A stretch of DNA of 24,000 nucleotides from an uncultured Actinomycetota bacterium. Lineage in GTDB: Bacteria > Actinomycetota > Actinomycetes > Mycobacteriales > Jatrophihabitantaceae. Within the stretch, counting starts at the first letter, position 1; every line of letters begins with the position of its first letter. Below the pieces are notes generated by a model. The model saw only the letters and a list, made by a program, of their open reading frames with translations, had not been told where the DNA came from and ran no database searches. The stretch lies in assembly GCA_963799045.1 (NCBI GenBank), contig CAWCVN010000004.1, positions 552,645-576,644 on the forward strand. The letters are read 5' to 3'. Made by a program: the position numbers and the translations under genes. Below, piece by piece: positions 1 to 8,026 of this stretch.

Positions 1-236
1 GTGTGCCGCGGCCCGGCCGGCGGGTGCCCGCTCGGCCTCGCCTCCCCCGGGTTCCGGCGCGGCGGTTGCTTGCGCATCGCCGTGCGCACCAGGCCCAACA
101 GCACGCCGGCGACCGGCACCGCGATGAGGAACCGGATCACGGCGACGTCCACGCCCACGGTCTGGTCGACCAACGCCCGCCAGAGCGTCGGTGCCGAGAA
201 CACCAGCGCACACAGCAGCACGGAACCGCGGAACAT
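1..236 (-). CDS. hypothetical small membrane protein, N-terminal part only (runs off the left edge)
   Basis: Absent from the ORF track because it leaves the window. The reverse complement from ATG at 236 reads MFRGSVLLCALVFSAPTLWRALVDQTVGVDVAVIRFLIAVPVAGVLLGLVRTAMRKQPPRRNPGE... It has two hydrophobic stretches and GC3-rich codons. Its ATG shares one base with the TGA of the upstream flhF-like gene (TGATG, 234-238). No family recognised, and it is not MinD/FlhG-like. Confidence 0.45.
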   Translation of the reverse strand, partial: MFRGSVLLCALVFSAPTLWRALVDQTVGVDVAVIRFLIAVPVAGVLLGLVRTAMRKQPPRRNPGEARPSGHPPAGPRH

Positions 237-1021
237 CACGCAGCCGACTCCTCGAGCCTGGTCAGCAGCAGCAGGGCCCAGTTCGTGCGGGTTGCCGGGC
301 GGCCGTCGAGAAGCGCAACCGGGACGTCCAGCTCCCAGACGCTTGCCGGGCTGGCCGTGCGCGCGGCGCCGGTGACGACGAGCGCAGTTGGAGTGCCCAG
401 TTCGTCCACGCTGCGCGCGGTGTCGCACGACTTGCGGGTGGCGTCCACGTGCAGCCAGAACGTGTCCGCGCCCAGCGCCCGGATGATCGACGCCGGCGGC
501 GGGCCGTCGGGCTCCTCGCCGTCGGCGTAATCGATCTCGTCGGTGCCGATGACGACCAGCGTGCTCTGGTTCGGCAACCGCGCCGGCGAGTTGTCCACCT
601 GCCGGGCGCGGTCGGCGATCGCGGTCGCGTGGCCGACATCGCGGATCTCATGGTCGTCCAGCTCCGCCACGCCGGGGCAGCGGTAGGTCCACACGTGCTC
701 GGGCAGCAGCGCCATCCGCTTGATCACGAGCCGGGCGGTGCGCGCGACCTGGGTCGGCGGCCCGGCCAGCACGACGATCTGGTCGGCTCCCTCCGGCAGC
801 GGCGCTGCCTCGGGCAGCGCGTTCACCAGCTGCTCGACGGCGGCGTAACGGTGCGGCGCGTCGGTGGGGATACGCGCGATCGGCACCCCCAGTTCGGTGA
901 GGCGGCGGCGCAGCGTGAGGTGCTCGTCCGCCTCGTGCAGGCCGGCGATGCTCAGCCTCGCGCGCGCGGCCTGATGCGCCGCGACCTTCTGCTGCGCGGC
1001 CGCGGCCGGCTCCGGCACGGA

Positions 1022-1090
1022 GGTGGGCTCGGCGACGGCTGGCGGGGTGGGCTCGGCGGCGGTGGGCTCGGCGGAGGTGGGCTCGGCGGC
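1022..1090 (-). repeat. 15-bp tandem repeat GGTGGGCTCGGCGNN (4 copies, one separated by 9 bp), encoding AEPT-type repeats
   Basis: Units at 1022-1036, 1046-1060, 1061-1075 and 1076-1090. The protein reads TAAEPTSAEPTAAEPTPPAVAEPT. Confidence 0.8.
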
Positions 1091-1120
1091 GGTTGCCGGG
1101 GTCGGCTCGTGCGCCTCATC

Positions 1121-1237
1121 GGCACTGGCGGCACTGGCGGCACTGACGCCACTGACGGCACTGACGGCACTGACGGCACTGACGGCACTGGCGGCACTGA
1201 CGGCACTGACGGCACTGGCGGCACTGACGGCACTGTC
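1121..1237 (-). repeat. 13 tandem copies of a 9-bp unit (GGCACTGAC / GGCACTGGC) inside the flhF-like linker
   Basis: Counted directly from the sequence as 13 x 9 bp with 1-2 variable positions. It encodes (S-A-V/S-A-A)n in the frame joined to the C-terminal domain, and (V-P-S/V-P-P)n in the frame of ORF 952..2103. Confidence 0.9.
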
Positions 1238-1854
1238 GCGGTTGTTCGACCGGCTGCTGGCGGTCCGGGTACGGGGCCGGCGGACGCGCACGGCCTTGCG
1301 CTTGGTGCCGGCTCGCCCGTCGGCGGCCGGCTCGGGCTGCTGGGCCGGTTGGGCCGGCTCGTGGCGGCCGGCTCGGTGGCGGCCGGCTCGGGTGGGTTCC
1401 CGGTCACGGCCGGCTCGTCGGTGCTCTGGGGAGTTGCGTCGATCGCGCTGCCGGCCGGGGTCTCCGCCGGGGTGTCGATCGTCGCGTCGGCCGGGGTCTT
1501 GGCCGGGGTGTCATCCGCCGTGGTGGACGCGGTGCTGGTTTTGGTGCTGCGGCGCGAGCGGGTGCTCGTCCGCTTGGCCGTCGACCGCGTCGTCTTGCTC
1601 GCCTTGGTCGTCGGTTCGCCCGTCGTCGCGGCGGCCGACTCGTCGGCCGGTTCGCTCGTCGGGGCGGTGGCCGGCGCGCTGGTGCTGCTCACGTCCGGTA
1701 CCTGCGCCGTGGCGGTGTCCTCGGCCCCGGACCGGCCCCCTGCTGCCTGTCCGGTGGCCGGGCCGGCTGCCTCGGCGGAGCTGTTGGCCCGCGTGCGGCG
1801 CGCGCGCGTGGTCTTGGTGGCGGCGGGGGGCTGCTCGGGCTGAACCGGCGCCTG

Positions 1855-1926
1855 CGCCTTGGCCGCGCGCCCCGCCTTGGCCGCGGGCTTCGCCTTGGCC
1901 GCGGGCTTCGCCTTGGCCGCGGACTT
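1855..1926 (-). repeat. 18-bp tandem repeat CGCCTTGGCCGCGGGCTT x4, encoding K-P-A-A-K-A repeats
   Basis: Units at 1855-1872 (variant), 1873-1890, 1891-1908 and 1909-1926. The protein reads KSAAKAKPAAKAKPAAKAGRAAKA. Confidence 0.85.
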
Positions 1927-2387
1927 CGGCTCCGGCTCCTGCGCACCAGCCGGTGCCGTGGCCACCAGCTCGGGCAGGTCCGGGGAGCTCACCGAGGTGG
2001 CGGCGGGGAGCGGGACCCCGCGCTCGGCGGCCTTGCGCGCGGCGATGTCGAGGAGCATGCGGGCGAACTCGACGTTGCCCTGCTCGGCGGCCAGGGCAGG
2101 CACGGCGTCGCTGTCTGTCCGGTTTCCACCATCTCGGCGGCGGCGATGAGCGCATCCAGCGGATCGGTCGGCTCGGTGGCCGGTGCTGTGGGTGCGAGCC
2201 GGCGCTGTCCGGCGGAGGCGGGAACGGTGCTCATCTCATCCTCGATCGTGTAGCGGACGGCGACTCGCGGACGGGCGAAGAATCCGAATACGCCACCTTC
2301 GCGTGCTGTGGCTGACGTCGACGACGCGCACCTGGCCGGGGATACTCCGCATCCAACTCGGCGAGCAGCTCGTCGAGGTCGTAGCCT

Positions 2388-4444
2388 TCACGAAACAAGG
2401 TCGCGGACGTCATCGATCATCCCAATCGCGTTGACGGCTACCGAGCCGGTCGACAGCTCGGTGTAGGACATGACAGGCAGTGCCGGCACCGACAGCCGCA
2501 CCAGGCGGCGAAGCGGCAGCCGGATCTGCGCCGCGCAGACGAGCACCGGCTTGTGGCCGCGCGCGGTCTCGGTGTTGTAGCGCTCGGTGATCGAGTTGAT
2601 CAGCGACTCGGCCAGGCCCGGGTCCAGGACGAGCTGCGCACCGCCGTCGCCGGGGCGCACCGACTCGAGCATCGATTGCTGCAGCCGGGGCTCGATGGTG
2701 AGCACGTCCAGCGTCCCGTCGCTGGCACAGGCTGGCGGCGATGGCGGGAGCCAGCGCCGCGCGGGCGGCCTCGATCAGCCGGTCGGGCTCGGTGCTCGAC
2801 CTTGGCGGCGACGGACAGCGCCTCGTAGATGCGCACGAGGTCGCGGACCGAGACGCCCTCGTCGAGCAGCGCGTGCAGCACCCGCTGGATCTCGCCGAGG
2901 CTGAGCAGCGCCGGGGTGAGGTCCTCGACGACCACCGGGTGGGTGCGCTTGAGCACGCGGGTCGCGGCGGCGACATCCTCGCGGCCGAGCAGGCGGCTCG
3001 CGTACTGGCGGACGACCTCCGACAGATGGGTGATGATCAGCGAGGAGCGGTCGACGACGGTCGCGCCCAGCAACTCGGCCTGGCCGCGCAGCTCGACGCG
3101 GCAGCCAGCGTCCGGCCAGGCCGAACACCGGTTCGCGGGCCGCGCGGCCCGGGCAGGCCGTCGAGGCCGTCACCGATAGCGAGGACCATGCCGACGGGGG
3201 CCTCGCCGCGGGCCAGCTCGACGCCGTTGATGTTGACCGCGTAGGTGGCGTGCGGCAGCGTCACGCTGTCGCGCGTGCGCACCGCGGGCATGACCACGCC
3301 CAGCTCGCCGGCCAGCGAGCGCCGCAGCGCCCGGACGCGGTCGAGCAGGTCGGCGCCGGGGCCGTCCACGAGGGGCACCAGGTCGGGGGACAGGACCAGC
3401 TCCAGCGGGTCCACGACCAGCTCGCCGAGCAGCGTCTCCTCGGCGTCGGGAGCCGGGAGCGTCGGCGGCGACCGCCTGGCCGTCGGCGCCCGCCTCGTCG
3501 GCCTGGCCGGGCTTGGGCAGCCGGGAGGCGAAGAAGAACAGCATCCCGCCGACGACGATGAACGGCAGCTTGGGCAGGCCGGGTACCAGGCACAGCAGCA
3601 GCGCCGCGCCGGCGGCGATCGTCAGCGCCCGGCGCTGGCTGCCCAGCTGGCGGGAGACGAGCGTGCCCATGTCGTCGGCGTCGCTCGAGCGCGTCACGAT
3701 CAGGCCGGTCGACACCGAGAGCAGCAGCGCGGGGATCTGGCTGACCAGGCCGTCGCCGACGCTGAGCAGGCTGTACTTCGACAGCGCCTGGCCGAACGTC
3801 AGGTGGTGCTGCACCATCCCGATGACGAACCCGCCGATCAGGTTGATGAAGGTGATCATGATGGCGGCGATCGCGTCACCCTTGACGAAGCGGGTCGCTC
3901 CGTCCATCGCGCCGTAGAAGTCCGCCTCGGCGGCGATCTCCGACCGGCGCTTGCGGGCGGTCGACTCGTCGATCAGGCCGGCGTTGAGGTCGGCGTCGAT
4001 CGCCATCTGCTTGCCGGGCATCGCGTCGAGGGTGAAGCGCGCGCCGACCTCGGCGACGCGGCCGGCGCCGTTGGTGATGACGACGAACTGGATGACCAGC
4101 AGGATCGCGAAGATCACCAGTCCGATGACGAGCGAGCCGCCGATGACGAAGTGACCGAAGGCGCTGATCACGTGGCCGGCGAAGCCGTCGGTGAGCACCA
4201 GCCGGGTGGCGCTGATGTTCAGCGCCAGGCGGAACAGCGTGGCCACCAGTAGCAGGGACGGGAAGCTGGAGAAGTCGAGGGCGCGCTGGACGTACATCGA
4301 CACCAGCACGACCAGCACGGCGCCGGTGATGTTGCCCGCGATCAGGATGTCGAGCAGGGTGGCCGGCATGGGCACGACCAGCATGACGACGATGGCGACG
4401 ACCCCGATGGGTACTGCCAGCTGACTCAGCCTGCTCGTCTTCAC
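2388..4444 (-). pseudogene. flhA: flagellar type III export gate protein FlhA; five +1 frame breaks as sequenced
   Basis: GTG start at 4444 with AGAGGGG upstream. The N-terminal TM domain is unmistakable (MKTSRLSQLAVPIGVV..., FTLDAMPGKQMAIDADLNAGLIDE, FYGAMDGATRFVKGDAIA, LLSVGDGLVSQIPALLLS). The cytoplasmic domain continues through five other ORF-track frames: DPLELVLSPDLVPLVD, REPVFGLAGRWLP, LLGATVVDRSSLIITHLSEVV, TEPDRLIEAARAALAP, and DVLTIEPRLQQSMLE...VLVCAAQIRLPLRRL. The 2057-nt span equals 683 codons plus stop plus 5 extra bases. Confidence 0.9.
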
Positions 4445-4470
4445 GGCGCCCCTCTTGCCAGTACAGGTTT

Positions 4471-4504
4471 GTCGGATACCTGTGCAATCTGTGGGGTATC
4501 CGAC
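4471..4504. promoter_or_regulatory. perfect 10-bp inverted repeat in the divergent flhA / GT2 control region
   Basis: GTCGGATACC (4471-4480), a 14-nt spacer, then GGTATCCGAC (4495-4504). It sits in the least GC-rich stretch of the window, 27-60 nt upstream of the flhA GTG and 54-110 nt upstream of the GT2 start candidates. Confidence 0.4.
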
Positions 4505-4557
4505 CCCGTACTACGCGCCGTCCTGGCAATCGTTCCATCGGCAGCGCCCGCAGCGAC

Positions 4558-5820
4558 TTGAGGACCCGGTCCGGGCCGACTCAACACCGGCGCCGGCGCG
4601 CCGATTCATTAGGCGTGCTGCTTGCTGCCTGTTTGATCGTCAAGGACGCCGCGTCGACCCTGCCCCGGTGCCTGAAGTCGCTGCGCGGGCTGGTCGAGGA
4701 GGTCGTCGTCTACGACACCGGCTCGAGCGACGACAGCTGCGCGATCGCCCGCGATCACGGCGCCACGGTCGTGCAGGGCTACTGGGACGACGACTTCGCC
4801 CGGGCCCGCAACGACGCGCTTGCCGCGGTGCGGGCGGACTGGGTGCTGAGCATCGACGCCGACGAGCACGTGGAGGGCGACCCGGACCGGCTGCGGTCCT
4901 ACGTCGCGGACCTGGCCGCCGCGGGTGCCGACGGCCCGGCCCTGGTGGCCCTCGAGCGGTCCGACATCCTGCCCGACGCGTCCGGTTCCTACCGCTTCCG
5001 CACCCCGCGGCTGTTCCGGCGGTCCGGCGCGGTGTGGGAGGGGCGGGTCCACGAGACCGTCGAGGTCCGTGACACCCACGGCCGCGAGAGCGCCGTCACC
5101 GGCTGCGACCCGGCGGTGCTGCGCCTCGTGCACGACGGGTACGCCGACGCCGCGACCGCCCGCGCCAAGGCACGGCGCAACGCCGCGATCGGCCTGAGCG
5201 AGGTCGAGCAGCTGCGGGCCGACCCGGCGACGCCCCCGGCCCGGCTCGCGCGGGCCCTGGTCGACCTCGGCCGCAGCCTGGTTGCCGCCAACGACTCGGC
5301 GTCCGCGGTGTACGCCTTCGAGGCCGTCCGGATCCTGGTCTCGGGCGGGCCGATGTGGCTGCGGGCGACCGACCACCTCGCCCGGGCCCGGCTGCAGACC
5401 GGCGACTTCGACGTCGCCCGCGAGCTGGTTGCCGAGCTGCGCGAGCGGGGCGCCGACTCCCAGTACTGCGACTGGCTGCTGGCCCAGGCCCTGGCGCAGA
5501 GCGGCTCGCCGGAGCGGGCCGCCGAGCTGCTCGCGGCCATCACCGAGCTGGAGGACACCGGCGGGCACTGCTACGACCTCGGGCCGGTGGTCGAGTTCGA
5601 GGCGCTGGCGCACGCCCTGAACGGTGACGTGCGGGCGGCGGTGCGCGCCATGCTGACGGCGATGATCCGCTACGGGCGCATCGGGGACCGCGCCGAGCTG
5701 GTGCGCAGCTGGTGGGGAGACGGCGACACCGGCGGCCTGGTGGCCGAGGCCCGCGGCGTCGGGGGGCCTCACCTCGAGCAGGTGCTGGCCGTGCTGGTCT
5801 CCCAGCCCGTCGGCGCCTGA
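4558..5820 (+). CDS. family 2 glycosyltransferase with a C-terminal helical-repeat (TPR-like) domain; candidate flagellin glycosyltransferase
   Basis: Only credible plus-strand gene, and it is intact. GT2 signature: ACLIVKDAASTLPRCLKSLRGLVEEVVVYDTGSSDDSCAIARDHGATV, WDDDFARARNDAL, and the DXD-type WVLSIDADEHV. The C-terminal ~200 aa is alpha-helical and repeat-like (LARALVDLGRSLVAAND..., LLAQALAQSGSPERAAELL). The track start is TTG at 4558. GTG at 4615 (VLLAACLIVKD) is an equally plausible true start. Confidence 0.8.
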   Translation: MRTRSGPTQHRRRRADSLGVLLAACLIVKDAASTLPRCLKSLRGLVEEVVVYDTGSSDDSCAIARDHGATVVQGYWDDDFARARNDALAAVRADWVLSIDADEHVEGDPDRLRSYVADLAAAGADGPALVALERSDILPDASGSYRFRTPRLFRRSGAVWEGRVHETVEVRDTHGRESAVTGCDPAVLRLVHDGYADAATARAKARRNAAIGLSEVEQLRADPATPPARLARALVDLGRSLVAANDSASAVYAFEAVRILVSGGPMWLRATDHLARARLQTGDFDVARELVAELRERGADSQYCDWLLAQALAQSGSPERAAELLAAITELEDTGGHCYDLGPVVEFEALAHALNGDVRAAVRAMLTAMIRYGRIGDRAELVRSWWGDGDTGGLVAEARGVGGPHLEQVLAVLVSQPVGA

Positions 5821-5841
5821 GCCCGGGTTCAGGGGCTCAGG
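5816..5841. terminator. short hairpin spanning both stop codons of the convergent GT2 and flhB genes
   Basis: CCTGAGCCC (5816-5824) and GGGCTCAGG (5833-5841) form a perfect 9-bp inverted repeat with an 8-nt loop. The two TGA stops (5818-5820 on plus, 5837-5839 on minus) are inside the arms. The intergenic gap is only 16 bp. Confidence 0.35.
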
Positions 5842-6962
5842 TGGTGGGGGCGAGGGTGCGGACGGTGTGGGTGCCCATCACCGAGCCGCGCTTGCGCAGC
5901 GTCATGATGAACGCCAGCACGGTGGCGACCGCCTTGTACAGCTCGGGCGGGATCTCCTGGCCGATCTCGACGCTCTGGTAGAGCGTGCGGGCCAGCGCGA
6001 CGTCGCGCACCATCGGCACCCGGTGCTTGTCGGCCAGCTCGCGGATCTTCGCCGCCAGGTGGTCGCCGCCCTTGGCCACGACACGCGGCGCGCCGCGCTT
6101 GGGCTCGTACCGCAGCGCCACCGCCACGTGCGTCGGGTTCACGACCACGACGTCGGCGTGCCTGATGTCGGCCAGCATCCGGTTGCGGGCCATCGCCAGC
6201 GCCCGCGCCCGCCGCTGGCCCTTGATGTGCGGGTCGCCCTCGGCGTTCTTGAACTCGTCCTTGACCTCCTGCTTGGTCATCTTCAGCGGACTTGTTGTTG
6301 CGGCGGTGCACGACGATGAAGTCGGCCGATCGGCCATCGACGATGCCGGCCGCGGCCGCGTAGCGCAGGACGACGAGCGCGGTGCCGGCCGCCGCACCCA
6401 GCAGCGTCGCCAGCGACATCGAGCCCGGCGCCGTACAGCGTCGGGATCAGCTGGCGGACCGCCACGTAGACGACGAGCGGCAGCAGCGCGGTCTTCAGCA
6501 GCGCCTTGACCAGCTCCCACAGCGCGTGGGGGCCGAAGATCCGCTTGATGCCCGAGAGGGGGTTCAGGCGCTTGACCTGCGGCTTGAGCGCCTTCGGGGA
6601 GAACCAGATGCCTCCCTGCAGCGCCACCGAGACGATCGCGATGCCGGCGATCAGCAGCACCATGGGCAGCAGGGCGGCGAAGGCCGATGACGCCGCAACG
6701 TCGGGCGTCGATCAGCGCGGTGGCGACGTCCGGGGTGCGGATCACCGCCCCGCGCGAACCAGGGAGTCGGTGGCGTTGCTCAGCACGGTGCGGACGACGC
6801 GCGGCAGCACGAATGTCGCCGCCATCAGCCCAGCCAGGACCCCAGCTCGCGGGTGTTGCCGATCTGCCCGTCCCGCCGCGCCTTCTTGCGACGCTTCGGG
6901 GTGGGCTTCTCGGTCTTCTCCCCGCCGCCACCTCCTCCGCCGCTCACCGGGCGCCGCTGCAT
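5837..6962 (-). pseudogene. flhB: flagellar export switch protein FlhB; five frame breaks as sequenced
   Basis: The N-terminus (ATG 6962 or GTG 6947) reads ..GGGGGGGEKTEKPTPKRRKKARRDGQIGNTRELGSW. TM segments follow: LMAATFVLPRVVRTVL and SSAFAALLPMVLLIAGIAIVSVALQGGIWFSPKALKPQVKRLNPLSGIKRIFG. The C-terminal domain reads LKMTKQEVKDEFKNAEGDPHIKGQRRA...VVVNPTHVAVALRY, which contains the NPTH autocleavage motif. The pieces lie in frames of ORFs 5837..6931, 6283..6663 and 5829..6419, plus two unlisted stretches. Confidence 0.9.
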
Positions 6963-6981
6963 CGGGGTTGCATCCGGGTGT

Positions 6982-7748
6982 TCATCCGGTCACCGCCGAG
7001 ACGAGCTGGTTGGCCCGGTCGGCCAGCTGCACGACCGTCTCCGGCATCAGGGTCAGGCCCAGGTCCGACCAGCAGCAGGGTCAGGCCGATCTTGATCGGG
7101 AAGCTCATCGTGAAGGCGTTCAGCTGCGGCGCGATGCGGTTCAGGACGCCCAGCGCGAGGTCGGCGATGAACAGCACGACGAGCAGCGGTCCGGCGATCT
7201 GCAGCGCGGAGACGAACATCTCGGGCATCGTGGAGGTCAGGGCGCTGGTCCAGCTGGGACAGCGACAGCGTGGCGTCCAGCGGGATCGCGTCGAACGTGC
7301 GCAGGAAGCCCTGGAAGATCAACAGGTGCGCGTCCGTGGCGAAGATCAGCGTCGTGCACAGCAGCGCGTAGAAGCGGCCGAGCACCGAGGTCATCGTCGT
7401 CGTCAACGGGTCGTACGCGGCCGAGAGCGAGAAGCCGCCGAACAGGTCGAGCAGCCCGCCGGCGACCTCCACCGCGCTGAACAGCAGCCGGGTGAGGAAG
7501 CCCAGCGCGGCGCCGACGAGGACCTGCTCGATCAGCGTGCCGGCGAGCGGGGACGATCTGCGCCGCCGGCGCGTGCAGGCGCGCTGGGCGGGAACGAGGG
7601 CGAGCGCGAGCCCGACCGAGAGGACCGTCTTCACCGTGGCCGGGATGCCCCCGGTCGCGACCGGCGGGGCGAAGGTCATCCACGCCAGCACCCGCGCGCT
7701 GACCAGCAGCAGCGCGACGAGCGAGGAGGTGGGGACGGCGAACTGCAC
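6982..7748 (-). pseudogene. fliR: flagellar export gate protein FliR; two +1 frame breaks as sequenced
   Basis: Sits after fliQ and before flhB. The N-terminal two thirds come from ORF 7053..7748 (LVALLLVSARVLAWMTFAPP..., LIEQVLVGAALGFLTRLLFSAVEVAGGLLD). It continues in ORF 6944..7228 (FVSALQIAGPLLVVLFIADLALGVLNRIAPQLNAFTMSFPIKIGLTLLLVG). The tail LGLTLMPETVVQLADRANQLVSAVTG is in a third frame, with stop TGA at 6982-6984. Confidence 0.85.
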
Positions 7749-7751
7749 GGC

Positions 7752-8021
7752 TCAGCCCAGCAGGCTCGGGATGGAGTGGTAGAGCTGCTGGGTGAAGCTG
7801 ACGATCGTGTCGAGCATCCAGTGGCCGCACAGCAGCAGCGCGATGCCGACGCCGACCGCCTTGGGCACGAAGGCGAGGGTGAACTCCTGGATCTGGGTCG
7901 CCGACTGGAACAGCGAGACGGCGAAGCCGATCACCAGCGCGGTCACCAGCGCCGGCGCGGCCAGCTTGGCGGCGACCAGCATGACCTGGAAGCCGATGTG
8001 GATGATCTGGGTGTCGGTCAT
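7752..8021 (-). CDS. fliQ: flagellar export gate protein FliQ (89 aa)
   Basis: ATG at 8021. Sequence is MTDTQIIHIGFQVMLVAAKLAAPALVTALVIGFAVSLFQSATQIQEFTLAFVPK... Size, two TM helices and the position between fliP and fliR are typical. The upstream part of track ORF 7752..8390 is a spurious extension. Confidence 0.9.
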   Translation of the reverse strand: MTDTQIIHIGFQVMLVAAKLAAPALVTALVIGFAVSLFQSATQIQEFTLAFVPKAVGVGIALLLCGHWMLDTIVSFTQQLYHSIPSLLG

Positions 8022-8026
8022 GGGCG

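Larger units (their letters stand above)
236..2413 (-). pseudogene. flhF: FlhF-like SRP-GTPase-fold protein with degenerate nucleotide-binding motifs; reading frame broken four times as sequenced
   Basis: Directly follows flhA, as in Bacillus and Borrelia fla operons. ATG at 2413 overlaps the flhA 3' end by 26 nt. The N-terminus MTSATLFREGYDLDELLAELDAEY / PGQVRVVDVSHS / REGGVFGFFARPRVAV fits the FlhF N-terminal pattern. A linker of about 430 aa, rich in Ala/Pro/Thr/Lys, follows. The C-terminal ~230 aa has the NG-domain layout: IVVLAGPPTQVARTA at the G1 position, TLVVIGTDE at G3, HVDATRK, ALVVTGAA at G4, then DVPVALLDGRP. Following it needs frame hops: ORF 2231..2413, an unlisted frame, 1989..2234, 952..2103, then 236..1291. 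Confidence 0.5.

Noticed and set aside
1121-1237. Regular 9-bp repeat array considered as a CRISPR-like or other non-coding array
   Set aside because: The units are contiguous with no spacers, are far too short, and sit in frame inside a coding linker. There are no cas genes. It is a coding microsatellite-type repeat.
191-1843. 550-aa plus-strand ORF, and similar very long plus-strand ORFs: 6687..8030, 14396..15580, 15460..16821, 16745..18388, 18564..20336, 20385..21869 and 21854..23653
   Set aside because: All lie antisense to recognisable flagellar genes. They translate to Arg/Gly/Ala/Pro-rich low-complexity strings with no motif I recognise. They are the stop-free shadow frames expected in very GC-rich coding DNA.
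4445-4560. Sigma-70-type -35/-10 hexamers for flhA or the GT2 gene (for example TTGCCA at 4455-4460, TGCAAT at 4483-4488, and minus-strand TTGCAC-N18-TACTGG)
   Set aside because: The spacings are wrong (10, 13 or 22 nt), or the -10 lacks the conserved final T. I cannot assign a promoter with any confidence from sequence alone.
2388-7748. Programmed ribosomal frameshifting as an explanation for the frame breaks
   Set aside because: There are too many sites (up to five per gene), in both directions. No shared slippery heptamer or downstream structure is visible at the junctions. No flagellar gate gene is known to need recoding. Indels, whether real or artefactual, are the simpler explanation.
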